Assembly: GCA_035540955.1 (NCBI GenBank)
Contig: DATLFP010000030.1
Coordinates: 5,709-69,708 of the forward strand
Origin: Acidimicrobiales bacterium
GTDB taxonomy: Bacteria; Actinomycetota; Acidimicrobiia; Acidimicrobiales; CADCSY01
Direction: 5' to 3'
DNA: 64,000 nt
Shown here: positions 35,678 to 44,535 of the stretch, one piece after another
Position numbering within the stretch: position 1 is the first letter of the stretch
How the letters are laid out: each line of letters starts with the position of its first letter
Notes under the pieces: model-generated
Database searches by the model: none
Told to the model about the DNA's origin: nothing
The model's input: only the letters and a program-made list of their open reading frames with translations
Translations under genes and position numbers: made by a program

Positions 35678-37294
35678 GTGGGGGGATGGACGTTCGCTGA
35701 CCTGTGGGAGGTCAACGCCGACGAGCTGCCGGACGCGCCGGCGCTGGTGCAGGGCGAGGTGCGCCGCACGTGGGCGGAGCTCGACAGCCGCGCCGACGGC
35801 GTCGCCGCCTGGCTGCTCGGTCTCGGCGTCGCCGAGCAGGACAAGGTCGCGCAGTACCTCTACAACTGTCCCGAGTACCTCGAGTCGATGTTCGCGGCGT
35901 ACAAGGCGGGCCTGGTGCCGGTGAACACCAACTACCGCTACGCCGATGACGAGCTGCTCTACCTGTGGGACAACGCCGACGCGGTCGCGGTGGTGTTCCA
36001 CGGCACGTTCGCTCCGCGCATCGAGAAGCTGCGGGACCGGCTGCCGAAGGTGAAGGGCTGGCTTTGGGTGGACGACGGCTCGGGCGCATGCCCGGCGTGG
36101 GCCACGCCGTACGAGGAGGCGGCCGCGGCGTCGGTCGAACGCCAGCGGGCGCCGTGGGGTCGCGACGGCGACCACCTCTACATGCTCTACACCGGCGGCA
36201 CCACCGGCATGCCCAAGGGCGTGATGTGGCGCCAGGACGACCTCATCATGCTGCTCGCCAGCCAGCTCGGTGCCGGGTTCCCCGAGGGGCCCGACTACGA
36301 GGCGGTGCGGGCGATGCGCACCGCGCCGGGCGCCATCGCGCTGCCCGCGTGCCCGCTCATGCACGGCACCGGCGCGCTCATCTCGATGGTGACGCTGAGC
36401 CAGGCCGGTTGTGTCGTCCTCCTCACCGAGCGCAACTATGACCCGGTCGAGCTGCTCGACACCGTGCAGCGCGAGAAGGCGAACCTCGTCGTGATCGTCG
36501 GCGACGCGTTCGCCAAGCCCATGCTGCGCGCCCTCGACGCCGACCCCGATCACTGGGACCTGTCGAGCGTGTTCGCCATGACGTCGTCGGGCGTGATGTG
36601 GAGCGAGGAGACCAAGCAAGGACTGCTGGGTCACCACCCGACGATGATGCTCATGGACGGCTTCTCCTCCTCCGAGGCGCTCGGGATGGGCTCGTCGGTC
36701 TCCGGCGGCGGGAGCACGGCGGAGACCGCCACGTTCCAGCTCGGCCCCAACGCCCGAGTGATCACCGAGGCCGGCACGTTCGTCGAGCCCGGCTCGGGCG
36801 AGATCGGCATGGTCGGCGTCGGCGGGCGCGTGCCGCTCGGCTACTACAAGGACGAGGAGAAGAGCGCGCGCACGTTCAAGGTGATCGACGGTGTGCGCTA
36901 CTCGATCCCCGGCGACTTCGCCACGGTCGAGGCCGACGGCACCATCCGACTGCTCGGCCGCGGGTCGGTGTGCATCAACACCGGTGGCGAGAAGGTCTTC
37001 CCCGAGGAGGTCGAGGAGGCGCTCAAGACCCACCCGGCGGTGCGCGACGCCGTAGTGGTCGGCGTCCCCGACGAGAAGTGGGGCGAGGCCATCACCGCGA
37101 TGGTGGAGCTGGCTCCGGGGGACACGCCCGACGAAGGCGCGCTGATCGCCCACGTGAAGCAGCGCATCGCTGCGTTCAAGGCGCCCAAGCACGTGTTGCT
37201 GGTCGACACCGTGGGCCGGGCGCCGAACGGCAAGGTCGACTACAAGCGCTGCCGTGCCGCGGCGGCCGATCGGGTGGGCGTTACGAGCACGTGA
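35678..37294 (+). CDS. acyl-CoA synthetase (AMP-binding, FadD-like)
   Basis: It has the AMP-binding signature YTGGTTGMPKGV, and later GDFATVEADGTIRLLGR. Confidence 0.9.
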   Translation: MGGWTFADLWEVNADELPDAPALVQGEVRRTWAELDSRADGVAAWLLGLGVAEQDKVAQYLYNCPEYLESMFAAYKAGLVPVNTNYRYADDELLYLWDNADAVAVVFHGTFAPRIEKLRDRLPKVKGWLWVDDGSGACPAWATPYEEAAAASVERQRAPWGRDGDHLYMLYTGGTTGMPKGVMWRQDDLIMLLASQLGAGFPEGPDYEAVRAMRTAPGAIALPACPLMHGTGALISMVTLSQAGCVVLLTERNYDPVELLDTVQREKANLVVIVGDAFAKPMLRALDADPDHWDLSSVFAMTSSGVMWSEETKQGLLGHHPTMMLMDGFSSSEALGMGSSVSGGGSTAETATFQLGPNARVITEAGTFVEPGSGEIGMVGVGGRVPLGYYKDEEKSARTFKVIDGVRYSIPGDFATVEADGTIRLLGRGSVCINTGGEKVFPEEVEEALKTHPAVRDAVVVGVPDEKWGEAITAMVELAPGDTPDEGALIAHVKQRIAAFKAPKHVLLVDTVGRAPNGKVDYKRCRAAAADRVGVTST

Positions 37295-38160
37295 TGGCGG
37301 CGGAGGGGGCCCCCGCTGCATGGCCTGACGAGCCGGGCGCCGATCGCCGGCCGCTGACGCTCCTGCTGCTGCTCCTGGCTGGTGGCGACCACGTGCCCGC
37401 TCGACGAGCGGCGCGGCTCGCGGCGCTGACGGGCATCGACGCTGCCACGTGGGATTCCTGCCTCGAAGGTTTCGGTCGACGCGGACTCGTGTCCGTGGCG
37501 ACGAGGGCCGATGGCGACTGGCTGGTGGGCACACCCGAGAGCCGCCGCATGCACGGCCACGTCACGGGTCGCTTCGCCGTCGCCCGGGCGGGCGACATGG
37601 CCGGCCGGCAGTGGGACGGCCGCTGGCGCCTCGTGGCCTTCCAGGACGCGAACGGTGCCGCCGCGATCGACGCGAGGCAGTCGCTCATCGAGCTCGGTGG
37701 CGCAGCCCTGAACGAGCACGTCGTCGTCCTGACCCGTGACTGGCCGGCCCAGCTCGAGCTGCCAGAGCAGACCGCGATCGCCTGGGCAGACCACCTGGTG
37801 ATCGGGAGCACGACGACACCCCGTGAGGTTGCGGCCAGGTTGTGGCCGATCGACGATGTGGCCGCCGGCTATCGCGCGTTCTGCGATCGATGGAGCGGCG
37901 GTGGCCACCCGCGACGGGACGCCGCCGGTTCGCCGACCTTCGCGGCGGCCGATGCGCTCGAGCTGCTGGCAACCTTCTGGCAGTGCTTCGCGCGTGACCC
38001 CGTACTGCCGCCGGAGCTCCTCTCGCGACCGTGGCCCGGCCGCCAGGCGAGGAACCTCCTGGCGACGTCGTTTCGCGGTCTCAACATGCACAGCTCTGAT
38101 CGCGCCGTCGCCGCGGTGCTCCGGATGATCTCCGATGCGCTCGAGCCCGCCGTCGTCTGA
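37294..38160 (+). CDS. PaaX-like transcriptional regulator
   Basis: ATG at 37294 overlaps the FadD stop. The PaaX-type pattern is RQWDGRWRLVAFQDANGAAAIDARQSLIELGGAAL, with a C-terminal segment YRAFCDRW. Confidence 0.65.
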   Translation: MAAEGAPAAWPDEPGADRRPLTLLLLLLAGGDHVPARRAARLAALTGIDAATWDSCLEGFGRRGLVSVATRADGDWLVGTPESRRMHGHVTGRFAVARAGDMAGRQWDGRWRLVAFQDANGAAAIDARQSLIELGGAALNEHVVVLTRDWPAQLELPEQTAIAWADHLVIGSTTTPREVAARLWPIDDVAAGYRAFCDRWSGGGHPRRDAAGSPTFAAADALELLATFWQCFARDPVLPPELLSRPWPGRQARNLLATSFRGLNMHSSDRAVAAVLRMISDALEPAVV

Positions 38161-38206
38161 CGGCTCTCGCGGGGGTCATGACTCGCAAGCGCTCGAGCGC
38201 GAGGGT

Positions 38207-39505
38207 TCAGGCGCCGAGGGCGAGCTCCGACCACGGCCGGTCGGTCATGGGCGCGCCGGCGGCGACGGCGGCGAGCATCGGCGAGTAGCGCGAGCCGTCG
38301 CCGAACAGGTCGAAGTCAGGGGCCAGCACCGCGGCCAGACCGTCGAAGTAGAGGATCTGCTTGAACAGCAGGACCATCGACGCCGGCAGCGGCACCCCGT
38401 GGGCACCCGCCGTCTCCAGTGCCTCGCGCAGCAGTGGCCCCATCTGCATGTCGCTCAGCGAACCGGTGATGTGGCGGCCGGCGACCTCGGCCAGCGCGGC
38501 CCCCGCCTCGGGCGGGGCATGGGCCATCTCGGGTAACAGCGCCATGCCGAGGCCGAGCATCTCGAAGCGGCCGGTGAAGATGCCGTCGAGCATCACCGCG
38601 CACGCCTTCTGCTGCTCGGGCGTGACGCGCCCGACGATGCCGAAGTCGACGAGCACTGGGCCGCCATCGTCGCCGACCATCACGTTGCCCCCGTGGCCAT
38701 CGGCGTGGAAGCGGCCCAGGACGAACGCCGACTCGAGCAGGCTGCCGAGCACCCGGCGGAGGATGTCGTCGGGTCGACCGCCCTTGGCGGCGATGACGGC
38801 GGGGTCACGCACGGGGACGGCGTCGACCCACTCCATGACGAGCACGCGGGGGCCCGAGAGCCGTTCGATCGTCCCTGGCACCCGGATGCCCCACGACGTC
38901 ATGAGGGGGGTGAGGAGCGCCATGTTGTCGAGCTCCCGCCGGAAGTCGAGCTCCTCCTCGAGCCCGACGGCGAGGTCGTCGATGGCTTCCACGATCCGAA
39001 GGGCATCGAGCTGGGGGCGGACGCGCACAGCCGAAGCCGCCACCCGGCGAAGCAAGCGGAGGTCGGCCTCGAGGCTGTCGATGATGCGGTCGCGCTGGAT
39101 CTTCACTGCCACCCGCTGCCCGTCGCCAAGGCGCGCGGCGTGCACCTGGGCCACGCTGCCCGCCGCCACCGGCACCAGGGAGAAGTCGAGGAAGTCGCGG
39201 CGCCACGAGGGAAGCTCGGAGTCGAGCACGGCAGCGGTCGCCTCCGGCGATTGGGGAGCGACGCCGTCGTGCAGCCCCTTGAGGGCGTCGACGACCGCCG
39301 GCGGGAACGAACCGGGGCTGGCGGCGACGAGCTGGCCAACCTTCACCCATGAGGGTCCGAGCTCCTCGATCGCCCGGCGCAGGCCCTCGAGCCGGTCCCG
39401 ACGCCGCCAACCGCTGCGCGCCGCGTGGCGGGCCGAGACAGAACCAACGCGCAGCACGCGTCGGAGCAGGGCGCGGCGGGGCAGCGGTGCAGCTCGTCCG
39501 AACAT
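38207..39505 (-). CDS. ABC1/UbiB (AarF) family atypical kinase
   Basis: ATG at 39505. Motifs are LGPSWVKVGQLVAS, AAGSVAQVHAARL, VAVKIQRDRI and FHADGHGGNVMV. The upstream 770 codons of ORF 38207..41812 are antisense of the BVMO gene. Confidence 0.85.
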   Translation of the reverse strand: MFGRAAPLPRRALLRRVLRVGSVSARHAARSGWRRRDRLEGLRRAIEELGPSWVKVGQLVAASPGSFPPAVVDALKGLHDGVAPQSPEATAAVLDSELPSWRRDFLDFSLVPVAAGSVAQVHAARLGDGQRVAVKIQRDRIIDSLEADLRLLRRVAASAVRVRPQLDALRIVEAIDDLAVGLEEELDFRRELDNMALLTPLMTSWGIRVPGTIERLSGPRVLVMEWVDAVPVRDPAVIAAKGGRPDDILRRVLGSLLESAFVLGRFHADGHGGNVMVGDDGGPVLVDFGIVGRVTPEQQKACAVMLDGIFTGRFEMLGLGMALLPEMAHAPPEAGAALAEVAGRHITGSLSDMQMGPLLREALETAGAHGVPLPASMVLLFKQILYFDGLAAVLAPDFDLFGDGSRYSPMLAAVAAGAPMTDRPWSELALGA

Positions 39506-39527
39506 CAGTGCCAGCGTATGTCCGCGG

Positions 39528-39555
39528 ATGAGACAGACAGCCAGGAGCGTCGCGT
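39528..39555. promoter_or_regulatory. operator-like site ATGAGACA-N12-CGTCGCGT
   Basis: It lies 23 bp upstream of the ABC1 kinase start and is a degenerate member of the ATGCGACA-N12-TGTCGCAT family. Confidence 0.3.
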
Positions 39556-39715
39556 GTCCTCCTCCGACCGTCATTGTCTCAGGCGCCGGCCAACGGGAAA
39601 ACGGCTGGCGCGCCGCTCGCCGCGGCCCGGAAGCGGAACGGGCCGAGAGCCAGTCCGCTTCGCGGCAAGGGGGGGTGCTTGTTGACCTATGTGATGGTTT
39701 ACGATAGTTGTGTCC

Positions 39716-39739
39716 GTGAGTTAGTGGGCACTCACTCAC
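39716..39739. promoter_or_regulatory. palindrome GTGAGTTAGTG-GG-CACTCACTCAC (10/11 arms) in an AT-rich promoter region upstream of the BVMO
   Basis: It lies in the least GC-rich stretch of the window (about 39676-39755). It is preceded by a -35-like TTGACC (39682-39687) and a TACGAT hexamer (39700-39705). Confidence 0.4.
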
Positions 39740-39793
39740 CTCTCGATGTTTGAGGCGAGCGCGCCCGTCAGCCGCTGACCGAGGAGGCCAACC

Positions 39794-41605
39794 GTGAACC
39801 AAGGACGAACGCCGCCTGCCGTGGACCGAGAGGCGTTGCGCCGGAGGTACCGCCTCGAGCGGGACAAGCGCCTGCGGCCGGATGGCAACCAGCAGTACCA
39901 GCGCCTGACCGGGCGGTTCGCGTCCTACGCCGTCGACCCCTACACGCCGGTCATGGCCCGCGACGCCGTGACCGACGACGTGACGGTCGCAGTGATCGGG
40001 GCGGGCTTCGCTGGCCTGCTGACGGCGGCGAGGCTCGTCGAGGCCGACGTCGGTCGCGTGCGCGTCATCGACAAGGGCGGCGACGTCGGCGGCACCTGGT
40101 ATTGGAACCGGTATCCCGGCGCTCAATGCGACACGGCGTCGATGGTGTACATGCCGCTGCTCGAGGAGACGGGCCACATGCCGTCGGAGAAGTACGCGCA
40201 CGGTCCCGAGATCCTCGAGCACTGCCAGCGGATCGCCAAGCACTTCGGGCTCTACGACGACGCCCTCTTCCACACCGAGGTCACCCATCTCGAGTGGGAC
40301 GACGATCGGGCCCGCTGGAAGGTGCGGACCGACCGAGGCGACGACTTCACCGCACGCTTCGTGTCGATGGGCATCGGCCCGCTGCACGTCCCGAAGCTGC
40401 CGGGGATCCCCGGGGTCGACGACTTCGAGGGACGAGCGTTCCACACCAGCCGGTGGGACTACGACTACACCGGCGGCGACCCGACCGGAACGCCCATGAC
40501 CCGGCTGGCCACCAAGCGCGTGGCCATCATCGGCACCGGCGCCACGGCAGTGCAGTGCATCCCTCGCCTCGCCCGTGACGCCGGTCAGCTCTACGTCTTT
40601 CAGCGCACCCCGTCGTCGGTCGACGTGCGGGGCAACCACCCGATCGACCGCGAGTGGTTCGAGTCCATTGCCACCCCGGGCTGGCAGCAGCGCTGGCTCG
40701 AGAACTTCACCATGAACCAGCTCGGCGCCGCCGCCGAGGACCTGGTGCAGGACGGCTGGACGGAGCTCGCCCGCCGGATCGTGGGTCGCATCGCTAGCCT
40801 CGAGGGGGAGGTCACGCCCGAGCGGATCATGGACGCCGTCGAGGACGCCGACCACGAGAAGATGGAGGCGATCCGGGCGCGCGTGGACGCGGTGGTCGAG
40901 GATCCGGCGGCGGCGCAGAAGCTGAAGGCCTGGTACCGGCAGCTGTGCAAGCGCCCGTGCTTCCACGACGAGTACCTGCAGTCGTACAACCGCCCGAACG
41001 TGCAGCTCGTCGACACAGATGGCAAGGGTGTGGAGCGCGTCACCAGGACCGGCGTGGTCGCCAACGGCAGCACCTACGAGGTGGACTGCATCGTGTTCGC
41101 CTCGGGCTTCGAGGTCGGAACACCCTTCGAGCGGCGCGCGGGGTGCGATCCGATCGGTCTCTCGCACGAGCGGCTCTCGCAGCACTGGGCCGACGGGACT
41201 CGCTCCCTCCACGGCGTCCAGGTGCACGGGTTCCCGAACCTGTTCCTCAGCCAGCTCGGGCACGGACCCAACCTCGTTTCCAACGTGCCCCACAACTTCA
41301 CCGAGACCTCCAGGGCGGTCGCTGCGGTCGTACGTCACGCCGTCACGTCGGCCCACGACGTCGTCGAGGTCACCGAGCAGGCCGAGCGGGACTGGATGGA
41401 CTTCATCTCCGCCGGCTCGGTCGGAGCGCTCGGTGGGGGGATCGGCTCCGCCGACTGCACGCCCGGCTACTACAACAACGAGGGACAGCCGGGTGAGGGG
41501 TTCGCGGCAGACATGACCAAGGGTCATCCCGGAGGACCGATGGCGTTCTTCGAGCACCTGCGGCGGTGGCCCGAGACCGGCTTCGCGGGACTCACGTTCC
41601 GATGA
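39794..41605 (+). CDS. type I Baeyer-Villiger monooxygenase (large, ketone monooxygenase-like)
   Basis: 603 aa. Motifs are VIGAGFAGL, GGTWYWNRYPGAQCD, fingerprint FEGRAFHTSRWD, and IIGTGATAVQ. Confidence 0.92.
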   Translation: MNQGRTPPAVDREALRRRYRLERDKRLRPDGNQQYQRLTGRFASYAVDPYTPVMARDAVTDDVTVAVIGAGFAGLLTAARLVEADVGRVRVIDKGGDVGGTWYWNRYPGAQCDTASMVYMPLLEETGHMPSEKYAHGPEILEHCQRIAKHFGLYDDALFHTEVTHLEWDDDRARWKVRTDRGDDFTARFVSMGIGPLHVPKLPGIPGVDDFEGRAFHTSRWDYDYTGGDPTGTPMTRLATKRVAIIGTGATAVQCIPRLARDAGQLYVFQRTPSSVDVRGNHPIDREWFESIATPGWQQRWLENFTMNQLGAAAEDLVQDGWTELARRIVGRIASLEGEVTPERIMDAVEDADHEKMEAIRARVDAVVEDPAAAQKLKAWYRQLCKRPCFHDEYLQSYNRPNVQLVDTDGKGVERVTRTGVVANGSTYEVDCIVFASGFEVGTPFERRAGCDPIGLSHERLSQHWADGTRSLHGVQVHGFPNLFLSQLGHGPNLVSNVPHNFTETSRAVAAVVRHAVTSAHDVVEVTEQAERDWMDFISAGSVGALGGGIGSADCTPGYYNNEGQPGEGFAADMTKGHPGGPMAFFEHLRRWPETGFAGLTFR

Positions 41606-41663
41606 CGCCATGGCCTCGATGCGAGCTGGGCGCCTGCGACGCGGGCGGGAACGGAGGGGGAAC

Positions 41664-42467
41664 ATGGACGTCGAGGTGAACGGCACGCGTTTGCGCGTGA
41701 TGGACGAGGGATCGGGGCATGCCGTGCTGTTCCTCCACGGCATGGGGTGCGATGGCACCGACTGGCAGCCGCAGATCGACGCGTTCCGAGGAACGAATCG
41801 CTGCATCGCCATCGACCACCGCGGCCACGGCCGATCCGACCGCGAGGTCGGCGACGGCTACTCGATCGCCGGGTTCGCGGCCGACGCGCTTGGCGTACTC
41901 GACCACCTCGGCGTCGAGCGGGCCCACGTCGTGGGGCTGTCGATGGGCGGGATGATCGCCCAGCAGCTCACCCTCACCGCGCCCGACCGCGTCTGCACCC
42001 TGAGCCTCCTCGACACCTTCGCTCGGCCGGGAGCGACGGGTGACGGGCTCGGGGCGATGGCCGACCAGGTCGAGGCTGGCGGCCTCGACGCACTGGCAGC
42101 GGGCTTTCAGGCCATGGTGTTCTCCGCGACGACCATCGGTGGGAAGCCCGAGGTCCTCGAGCGCTTCGACACCCAGTTCCGGGCCAACACTCCCGCGTGC
42201 CTGGCATGGGACATGCGGGCCATCGCCGCCGTCGATGTCTATGACCGCCTCGGCTCGATCACCGTGCCGACCGTCGTGCTGTGCGGCGCCGAGGACAACC
42301 TCACGCCCCGGCCGATGGCCGAGGAGCTCGCCGCCGCCATCCCCGGAGCGACCCTCGAGATCGTCCCCGACGCCGGGCACTTCTCGAACATCGAGAACCC
42401 CGAGTTCGTCAACCAGATCCTCGCCAAGCAGCTCGAGCAGCCCTGCGACCACGGAGGTGCGGCATGA
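41664..42467 (+). CDS. alpha/beta hydrolase
   Basis: ATG at 41664 is preceded by GGAGGGGG. It has the HGMG oxyanion region, the nucleophile elbow GLSMGG and a C-terminal DAGHF. Confidence 0.85.
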   Translation: MDVEVNGTRLRVMDEGSGHAVLFLHGMGCDGTDWQPQIDAFRGTNRCIAIDHRGHGRSDREVGDGYSIAGFAADALGVLDHLGVERAHVVGLSMGGMIAQQLTLTAPDRVCTLSLLDTFARPGATGDGLGAMADQVEAGGLDALAAGFQAMVFSATTIGGKPEVLERFDTQFRANTPACLAWDMRAIAAVDVYDRLGSITVPTVVLCGAEDNLTPRPMAEELAAAIPGATLEIVPDAGHFSNIENPEFVNQILAKQLEQPCDHGGAA

Positions 42468-43228
42468 CCGCCCGTCTCGATGGCAAGGTGGCCCTCGTCA
42501 CCGGTGCGGCGCGCGGTCAGGGCGAGGCGCACGTGCGCCGGTTCGTGGCCGAGGGCGCCAAGGTCGTCGCCACCGACGTGCTCATCGCCGAGGGTGAGGC
42601 GCTCGCCGCCGAGCTCGGCGCCGATGTCGTCTTCGAGCACCACGACGTCGCCGACGAGGCGCAGTGGGCGGCGGTGGTCAAGCGGGCGGAGGAGACCTTC
42701 GGCGGCATCGACGTCCTCGTGAACAACGCCGGCATCGCCAGGATGGCGCCGCTCGTCGACATGTCGACCGACGACTATCTCGACGTCATCAAGGTCAACC
42801 AGGTCGGTGTCTTCTTCGGCATGCGGGCGGTCGCGCCGGTCATGCAACGACGCGGCGGTGGCTCGATCGTCAACATCTCCTCCATCGACGGCATGGCGGG
42901 CATGGCCAACGTCATCGGCTACGTGGCGTCGAAGTTCGCGGTTCGGGGCATGACCAAGACCGCTGCCGTCGAGCTCGGCCCCCTCGGCATCCGCGTGAAC
43001 TCGGTGCACCCCGGGGGCGTCGACACGCCGATGATCCGTCCGCCCGGGTTCGAAGAGGTCGACTACGACGCCATGTTCGCCCGCTTGCCGATCCCGCGCT
43101 GCGGGACCCCCGAGGACATCGCGTCGCTCGTGCTGTTCCTCGCCAGCGAGGAGAGCAGCTACATCACCGGCACCGAGCACGTGATCGACGGCGGCCTGCT
43201 CGCCGGCGTCTCTCTGTTCGGGGTCTGA
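42464..43228 (+). CDS. short-chain dehydrogenase/reductase (hydroxysteroid-dehydrogenase-like)
   Basis: ATGA overlap. Motifs are TGAARGQGEA, NNAG and YVASKFAV. Confidence 0.88.
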   Translation: MTARLDGKVALVTGAARGQGEAHVRRFVAEGAKVVATDVLIAEGEALAAELGADVVFEHHDVADEAQWAAVVKRAEETFGGIDVLVNNAGIARMAPLVDMSTDDYLDVIKVNQVGVFFGMRAVAPVMQRRGGGSIVNISSIDGMAGMANVIGYVASKFAVRGMTKTAAVELGPLGIRVNSVHPGGVDTPMIRPPGFEEVDYDAMFARLPIPRCGTPEDIASLVLFLASEESSYITGTEHVIDGGLLAGVSLFGV

Positions 43229-43234
43229 TCGACG

Positions 43235-43828
43235 GTGCCCGCGCCGGCTGTCGCGTCCCGCATGGCCGGCGCCGCGAGGCGCGCCCACCTGCTGACGGTG
43301 GCTCGACGGTGCTTCGCTGCCGGCGGCTACCACGCCACCACACTGTCGTCCATCGCGCGGGAAGCAGGCGTCAGCGAGCCGCTGCTGTTCAAGCACTTCG
43401 GCTCGAAGGAGGAGCTGTTCCGGCTCTCCATCGCCGAGCCCATGCTCGACCTGCTGCGAACGCGAACCGCCCAGCACCCGGCCGACGAGCCCGTCGAAGA
43501 TCAGCAGCTCGCCCTCCGGGCGTTCCTCGTCACCTGGGCCGAGCTCGTGCGCGACGAGCGGTCGCTGGCGCTCGCGCTGCTCGCCGATCTGCAGCAGTTC
43601 CCCGACGTCGGTGCCGAGCTCGGGGTGATGGTCCGGGACCACGTCGACGCGGTGGCGGCGCACATCGCAGCCACGACCGATCGGCGCGAGTACCGGCGCT
43701 TCGACCCCGTCGTCGCCACGTGGTCCGGGCTCGCCGCCGCCACCGTTGCCGGGTTGACCGCCGCCGATCCGGAGGCGTTCGTGGACGAGTACCTCCGCAT
43801 CCTGCTCCACGGGGTCCTCGCGCCGTGA
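43235..43828 (+). CDS. TetR-family transcriptional regulator
   Basis: HTH is HLLTVARRCFAAGGYHATTLSSIAREAGVSEPLLFKHFGSKEELF. Confidence 0.85.
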   Translation: MPAPAVASRMAGAARRAHLLTVARRCFAAGGYHATTLSSIAREAGVSEPLLFKHFGSKEELFRLSIAEPMLDLLRTRTAQHPADEPVEDQQLALRAFLVTWAELVRDERSLALALLADLQQFPDVGAELGVMVRDHVDAVAAHIAATTDRREYRRFDPVVATWSGLAAATVAGLTAADPEAFVDEYLRILLHGVLAP

Positions 43829-44535
43829 ACGGCGACGTGGTGCTCGCCGTCGACGACCTCCACTTCGCGTACGGCAACGTCCCGGTGCTGTTCGGTACCG
43901 ACCTCGAGCTCAGGCGGGGCGAGGTGCTCGGCGTCCTCGGCCCCAACGGCGCCGGAAAGACGACCCTGCTTCGCGTCGTGAGCGGGCTCGAGACACCCGC
44001 CTCCGGGACCGTCGTCCACGACGGTGAGGACATCACCGCGCACGCCCCCGCCCGACGCGCCGAGCGGGGACTCGTCACGGTCTTCGCCGGCCGGTCGACG
44101 TTTCCCGATCTGAGCGTCACCGAGAACCTCCGCGTGAGCGGCCACGTCCTTCGACGCACCCCCGGCCTGCTCGATGAGCGGATCACCGAGACCTTCGACC
44201 TCTTCCCGCGCCTGGCCGAGCGCCGAGGCAGCACCGCCAGCCAGCTGTCCGGCGGCGAGCAGCAGATGCTGGCCCTGGCGCGGGCGTTCCTGCTGCACCC
44301 GGCCGTCCTGTGCATCGACGAGCTCTCGCTCGGCTTGGCGCCGACGCTGGTCGACCGCCTCTCCGACGCGGTCCGCAGCTTTCGCGAACGTGGTGGATCG
44401 GTGCTGCTCGTCGAGCAGTCGATGCCAGTGCTGCTGCACGCGGCAGACCGCGTCGCGCTGATGGAGCGAGGGACCATCCGCCAGGTCCTCGCTGACCCGG
44501 CTGACCTCACCGCCGCGCTGGAGGTGCGCACGTGA
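43825..44535 (+). CDS. branched-chain-amino-acid-type ABC transporter ATPase (LivF-like)
   Basis: GTG at 43825 (GTGA overlap). Walker A is GPNGAGKTT, the signature is LSGGEQQM, and Walker B is LCIDELS. Confidence 0.88.
   Translation: MNGDVVLAVDDLHFAYGNVPVLFGTDLELRRGEVLGVLGPNGAGKTTLLRVVSGLETPASGTVVHDGEDITAHAPARRAERGLVTVFAGRSTFPDLSVTENLRVSGHVLRRTPGLLDERITETFDLFPRLAERRGSTASQLSGGEQQMLALARAFLLHPAVLCIDELSLGLAPTLVDRLSDAVRSFRERGGSVLLVEQSMPVLLHAADRVALMERGTIRQVLADPADLTAALEVRT

Noticed and set aside
38161-38206. Palindrome GCGCTCGAGCGC between the PaaX-like gene and the ABC1 kinase as a terminator or operator
   Set aside because: It is a 12-bp self-complementary GC-rich sequence with no loop and no T-tract. 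Such palindromes are frequent in this composition, so it is not supportable as a feature.
39506-41812. N-terminal 770 codons of the 1201-aa minus-strand ORF 38207..41812
   Set aside because: They are antisense to the BVMO (39794-41605). Only the last 432 codons (ABC1 kinase, start 39505) are real. The same logic trims ORFs 31176..33068, 24067..25545, 59713..61848 and 30013..31560 to their motif-bearing C-terminal parts.
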